Shown here piece after piece: positions 1 to 10,150 of a DNA stretch of 64,000 nt. Every line of letters starts with the position of its first letter. Position 1 is the first letter of the stretch. Both the position numbers and the translations under genes were made by a program. Origin of the DNA: Amoebophrya sp. A120 (Eukaryota; Protista; Dinoflagellata). The stretch spans positions 369,914 to 433,913 of the forward strand of contig CAJINV010000011.1 of the NCBI GenBank assembly GCA_905178155.1, given 5' to 3'. Under the pieces are notes generated by a model that ran no database searches, had not been told where the DNA came from, and was given only the letters and a program-made list of their open reading frames with translations.

Positions 1-3000
1 GTGGTTGTTCCAGACACTTCGTGCAGCAGATCCAGCTTTTTCTGCAAAAGACCACCTCCCGGGTTGTTCCTTCCGTGCGAAGAAAAACCAGTAGTACAGC
101 CCGAATTGACTGTCTGGCGCACGAGTTTGTAATGGTTCACCATTCTGCTGGTTTTTTCAGAAAGAACTTTTGCGTGATTCATCGACGAGTCCGGACAATC
201 CTCGTGCCTCGGAGCATCTGGTTTTGCGGGAGAGGTTACACGACCAGCGGCAGTGGTTGAACCGATTTTCGCTTTGTTAGTTTCATCGTCCCCGTCTTGT
301 TCGTCCAGGTGGTCCTCATCTTCAACAACATCTTCACCAGCGGTGGAGCGCAAATCTTGTTCGGGAGAAGGAGCACCTGGTCCTCCTCGTCGCCCACAAA
401 AACGATCTTCATTCGTCGGAACAACGATTCTGGAAGTCGTCGGAATCAGGGAAGAAGATAAATGATGTAACAGATCGCAATAAACGTCCGTGATTTTTCT
501 TTCGTTTTGTTTCTCCTCCAGAAAAGAAGCGGAATATCCCGGGTCCAGTTCGTAAACTAAATGTTGTACGTTCTTGCTCATCGTGGTCTTTTGCTCGAAT
601 AAGTTGTGCATCTTTGTTCCGCGGTTCTTTTTCGTCTTTTGCTCGACAAATTCATCCACGTCGCTGCTGCCCGTCGTCTCGGAATCCGGATCAAAGTTCT
701 TCGGCTTTCGCCACTTCCACGCGAGCTGTTGGGGCGGACAGATCGGCTTGGTTTTGTTCAATATTTGCTCCATTTTTCTTGGCGAGGAAGAGGACGTCGA
801 CCTGGTCGAAGATATACTCCGGCTTCGCGTCGAACTCGTGGCCTGCTCGTCTACTTCATGACCCACCTTTTCGGAAAACAGGTTTAACTTCTCGCCGTCG
901 GGATTATAACGCCTGACTTTGTCAAACACCGAATTCTTGGCGTGCTTATTCGGCCGGCCCAAGGCTTTGTGTTTCTTGAATTCCGCGTCACAGATAACTG
1001 CTCTCTGCAACTGCGCACACTTGATGGTGGTTGAACGTTTATTATTGGGTGGGACAACTGCTGGATCGGGATCCACTGGAACTGATTTAACATCTTTGTT
1101 GAGTGTAGTATTTTGATGTTTCTGGCTTACCAGCAGCTTGTTGTTCACTGCGGTAGTAGTGGAAGCTCCTGCTGCATTCCCTGTCGTGGTCGATGCAGCG
1201 TTCTTGTTCTTAGGAGGTGGCAGCATCACAGTTTTCGCCGCTGATGTCTTCGTAGTTCCAGAAGCTACCACTTTTACTGCAGCACCTCCCGCTGCCCCTA
1301 CCGTATTATTACCGGCCGCCGCGGGCTTTTTTGCTTCGCCGCGCAGGTTCGGGAGCTTCTTCAAAAATTGCGCCCCGGCAAGCTGCGGCTGCCCCGCCGG
1401 GGGTTTCTGTTTAGAAGTATTTCCAGCTTGTTTTTTTACCGTGGCTCCTGCTGCGGCTCCTGCCTGTCGACGCTGCGTCCGTACGCCGGCAGCTGTCTTT
1501 CCCGCCAAGGTAGTTGGACTGCCCACGGCTTTCTGGATGTCTTCTTTCGTGCACTTTTTCCCGTTTTTCACCAAATCGGCGAGGGCCGCGAGCTTGGCCG
1601 TTTGCGTTTCCTTCTTCGTCTGAGCCGCGCCGGTTTTCGCAGCGTCCCCATTTTTGATGCGCTCCGGGATGGGCAGGACGGTGCGAACGGCTGTACTTTT
1701 GGCGACAGTCGTATGATGTTGAGCATGCACTACGGGTCGCGCTCGCGCAGCTGTTGCACCAGCCAGTGCAAAACGGGAACGCAACAATCTGCGGAGTTCG
1801 TAGTCGTCTTCCTGGTGGCGAATGCAGGCGCGCCGTTTCTTAGGCGAATTCTGCAAAAACTTGGTTAACGCCAGCTGAGCCGCTTTCGGCGAGTTGCCGC
1901 CGTGTTCGTGCGGTTTCTTGTCCAAGAACCGGGGCTCTGTACGACCGGAAAAAAACTCGTCACCGAAGAGAAAGCTGTTTAAGCTCGGCCAGTGGGGGAC
2001 TCCCGAGTTGTCCACCTCCTCATCCAGGTTTTCTGGTGCGACGCACTCACGATCTTCCACTGCTTTCTCCATTTTTTCGAGAAAAGCTGGTAAAACTGAG
2101 AAAGTCTCAGCAATCTTGGCGACCGTGTGCTTTCGGCGATCGAGGAAATTAGCGGAGAGCTGCTTTTGGAGAGAAGCTTCGTCTTCAGGCTCATCTTTTC
2201 CAACAGTAGCTTCTTCTTCGGCGTTTTCTTTCTGGTCCACAGTGATTTTCGTCGTAGTTCTTTCCAGAGAGCTGGTTCCAACCTTATCATTCTGTGCTAT
2301 ATTCTCCTTGATGTTGCCCGAAGGTTTCATATCCTCCTTCTTTCCATCTCGCACGACGTCCTCAAGCTGAGTCACATCAACTTCTGCTGAAATGACCTTG
2401 CTCGTTTTGCCTTCGTCTACCTCCAACAACTTCTTCTCGCCCAGCAAGTCTTCTGCATCAACGTGATCGCCGGAGTTCTTGCGCAAGAAGACTGCGCCAG
2501 TCTTCTCTTCCACTGTCACTTTCTGTTTCTCCATCTCCTCACCTTCTACCACAGTCGTGGTGGTCCCTAACGCTTTAAAAACTTTGTCCGCAAACTGGCT
2601 CCAAATCCGTTGTTGCATCTTCTGCCTTGTTCCCTGCCTCACTTGCAGAAGTGAAGTTGAGACATTGTCACGGGCTTCCAGTCCGCGTTTCTTGCTCCGC
2701 GGACCGACCGTGCCGTGTACCTTCGTGGTTGACACATCCGCCGGTTCCAGATCGCCGGTCTTACTTTTCGAACTTTCTCTCACAACAATAGCCCCGGAAG
2801 TAGTTGTACTATCCTGAATGTCGGAAAGCTTTGTCGCAGTAGCGTAATCGATAATTGTTGGCTTCGTCCCTCGCCGCACCTTTTGCACCGGGGTTGGAAC
2901 GGTTTGCACGAAAGATATGTCGCAGTGCTGTCGGGAATAGGAGTTCAATCTCGCAAGAAGAGTGTTCTTCCCACAATTTTTGACAAACTTCATCAACTTC

Positions 3001-3858
3001 GAATGCTGTTTCGCCGAGGGCAGTTCTAGTTGCGGGATGATGAAAGTACTGGTATTACAATTCTCCACGAACTCTTCCATCTTGGCGAACCCGTATTTAC
3101 TTGGGACCATTTTTTCCTTCGCGAATTCAGAAATTTCCTTCTTCCGCCGATTGATGTCCTTGAAGATGTTGGTCAACATCTTCTTCTTCCTCGCGTGTGA
3201 CGCCCCTCCAGCACAGAACAGATTCTGACTCGCAGAAGAGGAAGAGTTCTTGGAAGTTGTAGCTGAAAAAGCAGGTGAAAGCGATGCGAACCCGTGCGCG
3301 ATTTGAAACTGGTGGAAGATGTTCGCGATGTCTGCGTCTGAAAAGTTCGCGGAAAGGTACGTGGCCAGGTGGGAGATGAACGCATCCGCGTTGTGCTTGT
3401 CGTACAGGAACAGGTAGCGAGTATTGTCATCCGTCCGGAACATTTTTTTGTCCAACCCGAATAATTTCAGCAGCTCCTTGATGCAGTGTTTCTTCTCGGC
3501 AATGAGCTTGAGCTCCTGTTGGTGGTGGCTCTCAGTCTCATAGTTATCATCTTCAAGTGAAGTTGTAAAATCTTCGTTCTTGTTACCCTCTGCGAGGGTC
3601 GTCGGAAAATCTTCGTCGTCGTCCTTGGCGTGCTGACTAACATCAAAACCACCTGCGGTCAACCTTCTCCGCTTCCTCGCCGGTCCGGTCACAATCGTAT
3701 CCCGAGCGACGTGGTCTACCTCCTTTATTCCCTCTTTATTGCTGTCGTCCACCAGCTGCGCGGCCTTTAAATCCCCCAAGCGCCGCAACAAGTCTACTGC
3801 TTTTCGAGCGGACAAAGCTTCCTCGTCATCGTCTTGGAGATGAAGAGTTTTGCCCTCT
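1..3858 (-). CDS. 3' part of a long exon of host gene B (unknown, low-complexity charged protein); runs off the left edge
   Basis: Manual translation (EGKTLHLQDDDEEALSARKAVDLL...; ...KKLDLLHEVSGTT) gives the same open frame at both ends. The ORF track has no terminated ORF in this frame. It joins in frame to ...TTMKMTTE (15167+) when the retroelement is removed. Confidence 0.8.
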
Positions 3859-4306
3859 GTCCGCCCACCTGTGCATTTATTTTATTCAGTTACTTTGCAC
3901 GCATACATTGTTTCATCATGCTGGGGATCCGCATCTGCCCACTCATTTCTATCCATCCGAGTAGAAAAGGGAATCAATTCATCCAGCGAACAAGATTTGA
4001 ATTTAGCTCGGGCTCGCGCGTGCGAGTTACGCCATGGCAGCGGTTTTATTTTTGAGAAGCCCTTGCACAGTGGTGTCAACACAAACGCGCATGTCCAAAG
4101 TAGTCCAACGTGTCCACGTTCAAGATGTGAGTCCAGCCTCCTTTCTTGGAGTTAGTGGTCGCTAAAAGCTACTTCGAAAAACCCACAGCGCGGGCCGCGC
4201 ACGCGGCCCGGGACCCTAGTGACCCCGCTAAAAGCAGTTATCGAGAACTCGTTCTCGTATTGCTCAAAACCTTTCCTCACACCCGTGCATAGCACGCACG
4301 GCGGCT
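3857..4306 (-). repeat. Split direct repeat B2 (450 bp, 3' terminus of element)
   Basis: Near-identical to 7059-7508 (about 4 mismatches by eye). Minus strand carries AATAAAATAAAT about 20-30 nt before the end. Confidence 0.95.
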
Positions 4307-4420
4307 GTGTGGGGTGGTGTGTGTTTTTCGGGTCAGAGACCTCAGGACTTCTCGAAAGTTTATTACCGTAGCTCGTGCTACTTCCTGCTAGTTCAGATTT
4401 CTCTGGTTAGCAGGTAGCGG

Positions 4421-6796
4421 CTAGTCCGCCTCACGAATTTGCAGTAGTTGTTTCATCGGCATGTTTGTCACCGGCCCTGCGAATTCCCGCTGCCAGTTTA
4501 TTAGCGGCGGCTTATCCATGGTCGGTTGCCACATGTCGATGGCCTGCTGCAGCTTGTCGCACCTTGAAAAGGGGTCCGCGCAGTTCAGCTCGCTCTTCAC
4601 GTACTCGCACCACGAGCGGCAGCTGTATTCGTGGCACCACATCGCTGCCCGCGTACATATGTTCGTTGTCAGCAGCGAGTTGGCCGAGCATTTCACCGCG
4701 GCGCACAGCTCGCCGGTGTTGTCCACTCGGGTGAACGTTACCGAGTGGCTGAGCTCGTGTCGCCACGTCAGCTGCGCCACCCGGATCATCATCGCCTCGT
4801 AGTGTTCGATTGTGAGCGGGTGTTTGTAGTGCTCGCTCACGTCCGGGAAGTCGTACGTGATTGCCCGGATCTGGCCTGTTCCGGTTATTAGCAGCGCCCC
4901 GCCGCATGGTCCGCCCGCCTTGGAGCCGTTGCTGCTGGCGTCCAGGTTCAGCCAGTTTGTTTTCCCGTCGTGCACCTGTGGTTTTAGCACCAGGGGCTTC
5001 TGGTTTTTCAGCACTACCTGCACGCCGCGCAGGAGCACGGCCAGCTTGCGGCGCCGCGCTTTGTCCAGCACCCAGGCGTCGAACCGCTCGTCCGATCCCG
5101 TCCAGTCATATACTCCGCGGAATATTTCACTGCCTGCGCGGTAGGCGGAGTTGCAGACGATGAAGTTGGCTATGCCCAGCACGCGCTGCAGGTCCTTCAT
5201 TGTCAGGCCTTGGCCCGCTTCGCACTTCTCGACGCAATGTTTCGTTTGTGTTAACGCCCTGTTCATGGAGTCCGCCGTCGGTTCAACTGTGATTTTGTTC
5301 ATCTCTCTTCTCCAGAAGTAGTTGATGCCCAGCGCTTTGATGGGGTTGTGCTCACAGCTGTTTTGCGACGCTCCGGGCTTGTCGCTTATGACCAGCCCCA
5401 GCGTGCGCGCCATCTGGCGGTAGAGTTCTCGGCTAAGCATCAGCCCTTCTCGGTCCAGGGCCATGTAGTAGCCGTCGTCGATGTATATCACCGCTACCGC
5501 GTAGAAGTGGATCAAAATCGACATGCACAGCTCCGCGACCCTGCACCACGATGGAACGCTGTGCAGGTTGCCCATGTTCAGCACCAGCGCCAAGAAGTAC
5601 TGGTAGGACATGGTGTGGCTTGACCACGCTGCTACCGGGTTGTGCTCCGGTATCTCACACCCGACCTGGTGGTAGGCGCCTTTGTAGTCCTCGCTGCCCA
5701 GTTCCACCAGCGGTTGTTTCGCGGTGTTGTGCGGTGTCTTTTTTATCGAGTTGTGCGCGTAGCGCGCTTCCTTTTTCACCCTGCTCACGTAGTCGCGTCC
5801 CGTCTTTTCGCCAAAGAAGGAGTCGCTGTGCGTCTGCTTTCTGTTGCGGAATTGTTCCAGGTGCTGCTGCATTTGCTCATAGACCTCCTTTTTCGAGGTG
5901 GTTGCGGGCATTCTGCAGCAGGCTTTTTCCTGTCCGACCGGTGCCATCATGGCCTGCGTCAGTTCCTGTATGACGCGGGTTCCGTAGAGCTGCAGTTTCT
6001 CCAGCAGCACCGAGTGCATGTTCTTCCTGCGCTCGTCCACGATTGGTCGTATTTTCCGAATTTCCTCTTTCGGAAATATATACGCGGGCACGCAGTGGAG
6101 CTGGTGCTCACTGATTTCCATGTTATGCCCGCGCTTGACCATCTGCATTTGTTCTTCTAGCACCGCGTCCAGTAGCTTGTCTGAGAACCCCTTAGGCTTC
6201 AGTTTGCGCAGCGTCACTCCGGCCTCGAAGATCGCGTCGATCTGTTCTTGTTCCAGCGGTTGCTTGGTTTCGTCGAGGCCCCACACGTTGGACTCGGTCT
6301 GGTTCCCGATGGTGGGGAAGCCCTTCAAGATCTGCTCTGGCAGCTTCTTGTCCGGGTGCCCGATCATCGCAGTCAAACGCCGCATCGCCGGTACGTTCCG
6401 CACCTGCCCGCTCTCGCTGACCAGCACGCGTTGCAGGTGCTTGGGCGCGTGTTCGCGTACCAGCTGGAGTGCCTCGCTCTTGGTCTCCAGCTCGATCTCC
6501 TTCAGTATTTCGATTCCTCTTCGCAGGTGGGCTTTCCACCTGCCGGGGTGCTGTTTACAGAGCTTTGCGTTTCTGTAAAGCTCCTCCCTGATGGTCTTGA
6601 CCGCTCGGTCCTCTGCGATGCAGGCCTGTACGTAGCAGATGGCTTCGTGCGCCTGCACCTTGAGCTCCTCTGCCTCCGTCCAGTTCGCCGACGCGTACTG
6701 CATCTGTGCGGCCACCGGCGCTTCCGGTGGCGGTAGCTGCAGCTCTGCCGAGCTGTAGCCGAACCCACCATGCTTAGCGCGCTTAGCACGCGGCAT
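4421..6796 (-). CDS. Reverse transcriptase-RNase H of the YR retrotransposon
   Basis: RT motifs IRPIVDERRKN, SEDYKGAYHQV, LNMGNLHS, VIYIDDG (YxDD, ~5474-5485), KALGINY. DIRS-type RNase H motifs LNLDASS, IEHYEA, RVDNT, YVKSELNCADPFSR. Likely ATG at 6796 (MPRAKRAK), just after repeat A2; the frame is open to 6964. Confidence 0.93.
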   Translation of the reverse strand: MPRAKRAKHGGFGYSSAELQLPPPEAPVAAQMQYASANWTEAEELKVQAHEAICYVQACIAEDRAVKTIREELYRNAKLCKQHPGRWKAHLRRGIEILKEIELETKSEALQLVREHAPKHLQRVLVSESGQVRNVPAMRRLTAMIGHPDKKLPEQILKGFPTIGNQTESNVWGLDETKQPLEQEQIDAIFEAGVTLRKLKPKGFSDKLLDAVLEEQMQMVKRGHNMEISEHQLHCVPAYIFPKEEIRKIRPIVDERRKNMHSVLLEKLQLYGTRVIQELTQAMMAPVGQEKACCRMPATTSKKEVYEQMQQHLEQFRNRKQTHSDSFFGEKTGRDYVSRVKKEARYAHNSIKKTPHNTAKQPLVELGSEDYKGAYHQVGCEIPEHNPVAAWSSHTMSYQYFLALVLNMGNLHSVPSWCRVAELCMSILIHFYAVAVIYIDDGYYMALDREGLMLSRELYRQMARTLGLVISDKPGASQNSCEHNPIKALGINYFWRREMNKITVEPTADSMNRALTQTKHCVEKCEAGQGLTMKDLQRVLGIANFIVCNSAYRAGSEIFRGVYDWTGSDERFDAWVLDKARRRKLAVLLRGVQVVLKNQKPLVLKPQVHDGKTNWLNLDASSNGSKAGGPCGGALLITGTGQIRAITYDFPDVSEHYKHPLTIEHYEAMMIRVAQLTWRHELSHSVTFTRVDNTGELCAAVKCSANSLLTTNICTRAAMWCHEYSCRSWCEYVKSELNCADPFSRCDKLQQAIDMWQPTMDKPPLINWQREFAGPVTNMPMKQLLQIREAD

Positions 6797-6823
6797 CTGG
6801 GTGGCAGTTGGGGTGGTGGTGGG

Positions 6824-7060
6824 ACAAACTTCACGATGTTGCCGCGCCGCAACGTTCGCGAGGTTCCCCGAGCGGAAACACCAACTAACCAACAGCAGTG
6901 TGTTCATGTGGACATACGCGTTTGCGTTCGTTGTGCGTGCAAATATCGATCGATCGAATCTCACTGATTGCTATAAACCCGATTGCTACTGGGATGGAGT
7001 GCACTTATTCGAATTGCATTACAGACTATACCTGGCGGACATTGGCTCGTGGCGCAGGCT
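6824..7060 (-). repeat. Split direct repeat A2 (237 bp, internal)
   Basis: Near-identical to 14930-15166 (2 mismatches seen); abuts B1 at a shared CT (7059-7060). Confidence 0.95.
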
Positions 7061-7508
7061 GTCCGCCCACCTGTACATTTATTTTATTCAGTTACTTTGC
7101 ACGCATACATTGTTTCATCATGCTGGGGATCCGCATCTGCCCATTCATTTCTATCCATCCGAGTAGAAAAGGGAGCCAATTCATCCAGCGAACAAGATTT
7201 GAATTTAGCTCGGGCTCGCGCGTGCGAGTTACGCCATGGCAGCGGTTTTATTTTTGAGAAGCCCTTGCACAGTGGTGTCAACACAAACGCGCATGTCCAA
7301 AGTAGTCCAACGTGTCCACGTTCAAGATGTGAGTCCAGCCTCCTTTCTTGGAGTTAGTGGTCGCTAAAAGCTACTTCGAAAAACCCACAGCGCGGGCCGC
7401 GCACGCGGCCCGGGACCCTAGTGACCCCGCTAAAAGCAGTTATCGAGAACTCGTTCTCGTATTGCTCAAAACCTTTCCTCACACCCGTGCATAGCACGCA
7501 CGGCGGCT
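7059..7508 (-). repeat. Split direct repeat B1 (450 bp, internal)
   Basis: Near-identical to 3857-4306; begins ~26 nt after the YR stop codon. Confidence 0.95.
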
Positions 7509-7534
7509 TTCGCCATACGTGCCCGAAGCTCTGC

Positions 7535-9508
7535 TCACTGCATATCCTGGTCGTCGGCCTCCAGCTGCAGGTCTGCTTCTTTCGCCACACGTTTCCTGAC
7601 GACTTTGTCGCCGAGCGTGCGCTTGCACGGTGGAATTCGGAGGCGCTTCTTGTTGTTCACACCCTTGTGCTTTATTCCATCCACTTCGCAGTCACATGCC
7701 GGGCATATCTGCGTGCTGTGGATGTAGAAGATGCCTTGGTGGCAGTACATCTCGTCTTTCTGCGCCTTGCGTAGCACCGCCGCGGGTTTCCCCTTGTTCG
7801 GGATTAGTGCTCCCGCTTTTTGTTTCTTCTGCACCACCGGCTGTTTCGGAGGCTGCTTTACTGCCGGTTTTTTCTCCTGCCCCGCGGCGTTGTCGTCCTC
7901 TTTCTGAACCAGGTTTCTGTAAGCAGGTGGGAATGCTCCCGGCACTTTTACCCGCGGTTTCACGTCCAGCAGCTTCTTTTCCAGCGCCGTTCGCGGGTCC
8001 GGCCCCGGCTTCGGTGCGAGGAGCTTGTTTTTCTTGTTTGGCGGTGACAGCATCTCCATGTCCTCCGCTGTCAAGTCCGTTTTTTGTGCCACCTGCTTTT
8101 TCATCTCCCGTAGCCTCTTCGTTATGCCCGGGCACTGCTCCTCCAGTTCGGAGTCGTTTTCCGTAAGGCAGTCATCGATGCTGTTTTTTAGCAGTGGCGC
8201 CACGTTACGGCTGTAGAGGTGCCCCTTGGGCGGTCGTTCGTCGCCTTGCAGCGCGTACGGCCTGATGGACGAGAGCACCGGGCAGACAGCATCTGGAATG
8301 CTATCTTTCCACTTTTCGTAGTCGGCGCAGTAGCGGTTGTACGTGGCTAATTTTGTCCATCCGCGATCCATCATCCAGCTTGTCAAGTCGAATCTTGCGG
8401 CGTCGCTGGTCATCGCCCATCTGGCGTACAACGCCGCCGCCCTGCGTGGCGACTGCTGCGTCCAGCCGAGCCGACGCAGCAACGCGCGGCTTTCCGACGC
8501 TCTCGTGATTGTCTCGCTGCCGTTTCCCCGCATTTGTTTCGCGATCGGCAGGCCCAGTCGCGCGTGTTCCGGGTTGTGCAGGAGGCACCAGGTGCGGTTG
8601 ATCTGCTGTTTCTCCCCTGGCGGTCGCACCGCCAGGCCTCCGCCGAGGTGAGGTGGTTTTTGTAGTGGCACTGCATCGCGCAGCACCATCCGCTCCCCGG
8701 TCTGCATGAAGCAGTTGCATCCGATCATGATGTCCCTGCCCTGGAATTTTCGCACTTTATCTTTGCCGACCGTCACGCAGAGGACTTCCTGGCCGTTGTG
8801 GACGCGGCGTTTCACGTCCTCCTCATGTATCTCGTAGATGCTGCTGAAGCGCAGTCCGGTTTGGAGTGCGAAGCACATCTGCGTGAACTGGTTCGGATAC
8901 AGCAGCTGCGTGACTGCCGGTCGCAGAATTGCTGGTTTGGCTTTGTGCGCTTCATCGCACGTCGCCGCGCGCTGCACGTCCCGCCGTGCAGCCACCAGCT
9001 CCAGCATCTCGTATCCCCACGCCGGCGCGAGGACGTGCCGCGTACTGCCATCCGGTCCTTTCGGGGGTCGGATGCACCGCAGTATCACCTGTCCCAGTAT
9101 GCCGCTCGGGTCCTTCTGCCCCGACCTGGCGAGTGTGAGGCCGTACAACCTCAAGCGTTCCACTTCGATCGCGCCCGGGTATACCGGCGGGAATCTCTTT
9201 GCACACCATGCTAGGAACTGGCGGTAGTATTGTTCCCGTTTTTGTAGTGTTCCCGCGGCGTTGGCCAGCAGCCCCAGCTGGTAATCCTCCTCCTGCTGCA
9301 GTTCCATCGCCGCCTGGGCCTGTAGCAGGCCGGAGTACATCCCCGCCATGGTGGTCGCTGCTTGGTGCCCCACCGCGTACGTGGTTAGGAAGCCGGCTGT
9401 TACCACTGCTACGCTCCTCGTCGCCGTCGGTCCCGCTCGTTGGCCCGCTAGCACCACGAGGAGTAACGCAAACGCATGTACGACGTGACCTAGCATTTCA
9501 TCTTGCAC
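7535..9508 (-). CDS. Tyrosine recombinase of the retrotransposon
   Basis: Box I FALQTGLRFSSI (~8851), K in KDKVRK, QSPRR at the HxxR position (~8441-8460), box II DRGWTKLATYNRY. The true start may be a downstream Met. Confidence 0.85.
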   Translation of the reverse strand: MQDEMLGHVVHAFALLLVVLAGQRAGPTATRSVAVVTAGFLTTYAVGHQAATTMAGMYSGLLQAQAAMELQQEEDYQLGLLANAAGTLQKREQYYRQFLAWCAKRFPPVYPGAIEVERLRLYGLTLARSGQKDPSGILGQVILRCIRPPKGPDGSTRHVLAPAWGYEMLELVAARRDVQRAATCDEAHKAKPAILRPAVTQLLYPNQFTQMCFALQTGLRFSSIYEIHEEDVKRRVHNGQEVLCVTVGKDKVRKFQGRDIMIGCNCFMQTGERMVLRDAVPLQKPPHLGGGLAVRPPGEKQQINRTWCLLHNPEHARLGLPIAKQMRGNGSETITRASESRALLRRLGWTQQSPRRAAALYARWAMTSDAARFDLTSWMMDRGWTKLATYNRYCADYEKWKDSIPDAVCPVLSSIRPYALQGDERPPKGHLYSRNVAPLLKNSIDDCLTENDSELEEQCPGITKRLREMKKQVAQKTDLTAEDMEMLSPPNKKNKLLAPKPGPDPRTALEKKLLDVKPRVKVPGAFPPAYRNLVQKEDDNAAGQEKKPAVKQPPKQPVVQKKQKAGALIPNKGKPAAVLRKAQKDEMYCHQGIFYIHSTQICPACDCEVDGIKHKGVNNKKRLRIPPCKRTLGDKVVRKRVAKEADLQLEADDQDMQ

Positions 9509-10150
9509 GCAGCATCAACGATACGACAAGCCGCACAGCGCAGAACCAGAAGCATTCTCTCTCCGCTCTCTGTTCTGTTCTTCATGTCATATCCGCGCTA
9601 CATGCGTTTGGTAACAGCCCTACTCGTCTGGACCATTTCGGCGACTCTTCGGGTGGGTTTACGTGCGCGCGCACGCCCTTTTTTGATACATTTTCCGTTC
9701 CGCGAACATCAGCTTGCACCTCGCATTTTTATACTCACTACTCTAGACGCGGTGCCGGACCAGCATGCCTTCCTTCTTTTTTCCGTTTTTCAAATAGCAT
9801 GCTATTTCCTTTTCTTTTTTTTTTTTTTTTCACATTAGAAATTCCATAGTGCCCGTGGGACTTTTCCTTTTACATCTACCTGCGAACCGCAACAGCAACT
9901 CTAGAGTAGTAATTTTTAAAAATTTTTTGATGTTTTCCTCCAACTCCTCTTCATCGATTCCCCGGTGAGTCCTCGTTTTTTGGGGAGTCAAGCTCGACCC
10001 TACAGCGGAATTTAGTTGCTATTTCGTTGTTGTCGTCCTGCTGTTTTGTATTATTTGTTGCTCTCTAACCCTGTAGTTGCCTACAGGAGGTCGCTTTGCA
10101 GCTAATTGTTGTCTTTCCTCGTTTTCGTCAGCTGCTGTTCCCTTCGTTAT

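Noticed and set aside
3857-7508. B repeats as LTRs of a small LTR retrotransposon
   Set aside because: No TG..CA ends, integrase or 4-6 bp TSD; the A repeats, YR and DIRS-type RNase H explain the structure.
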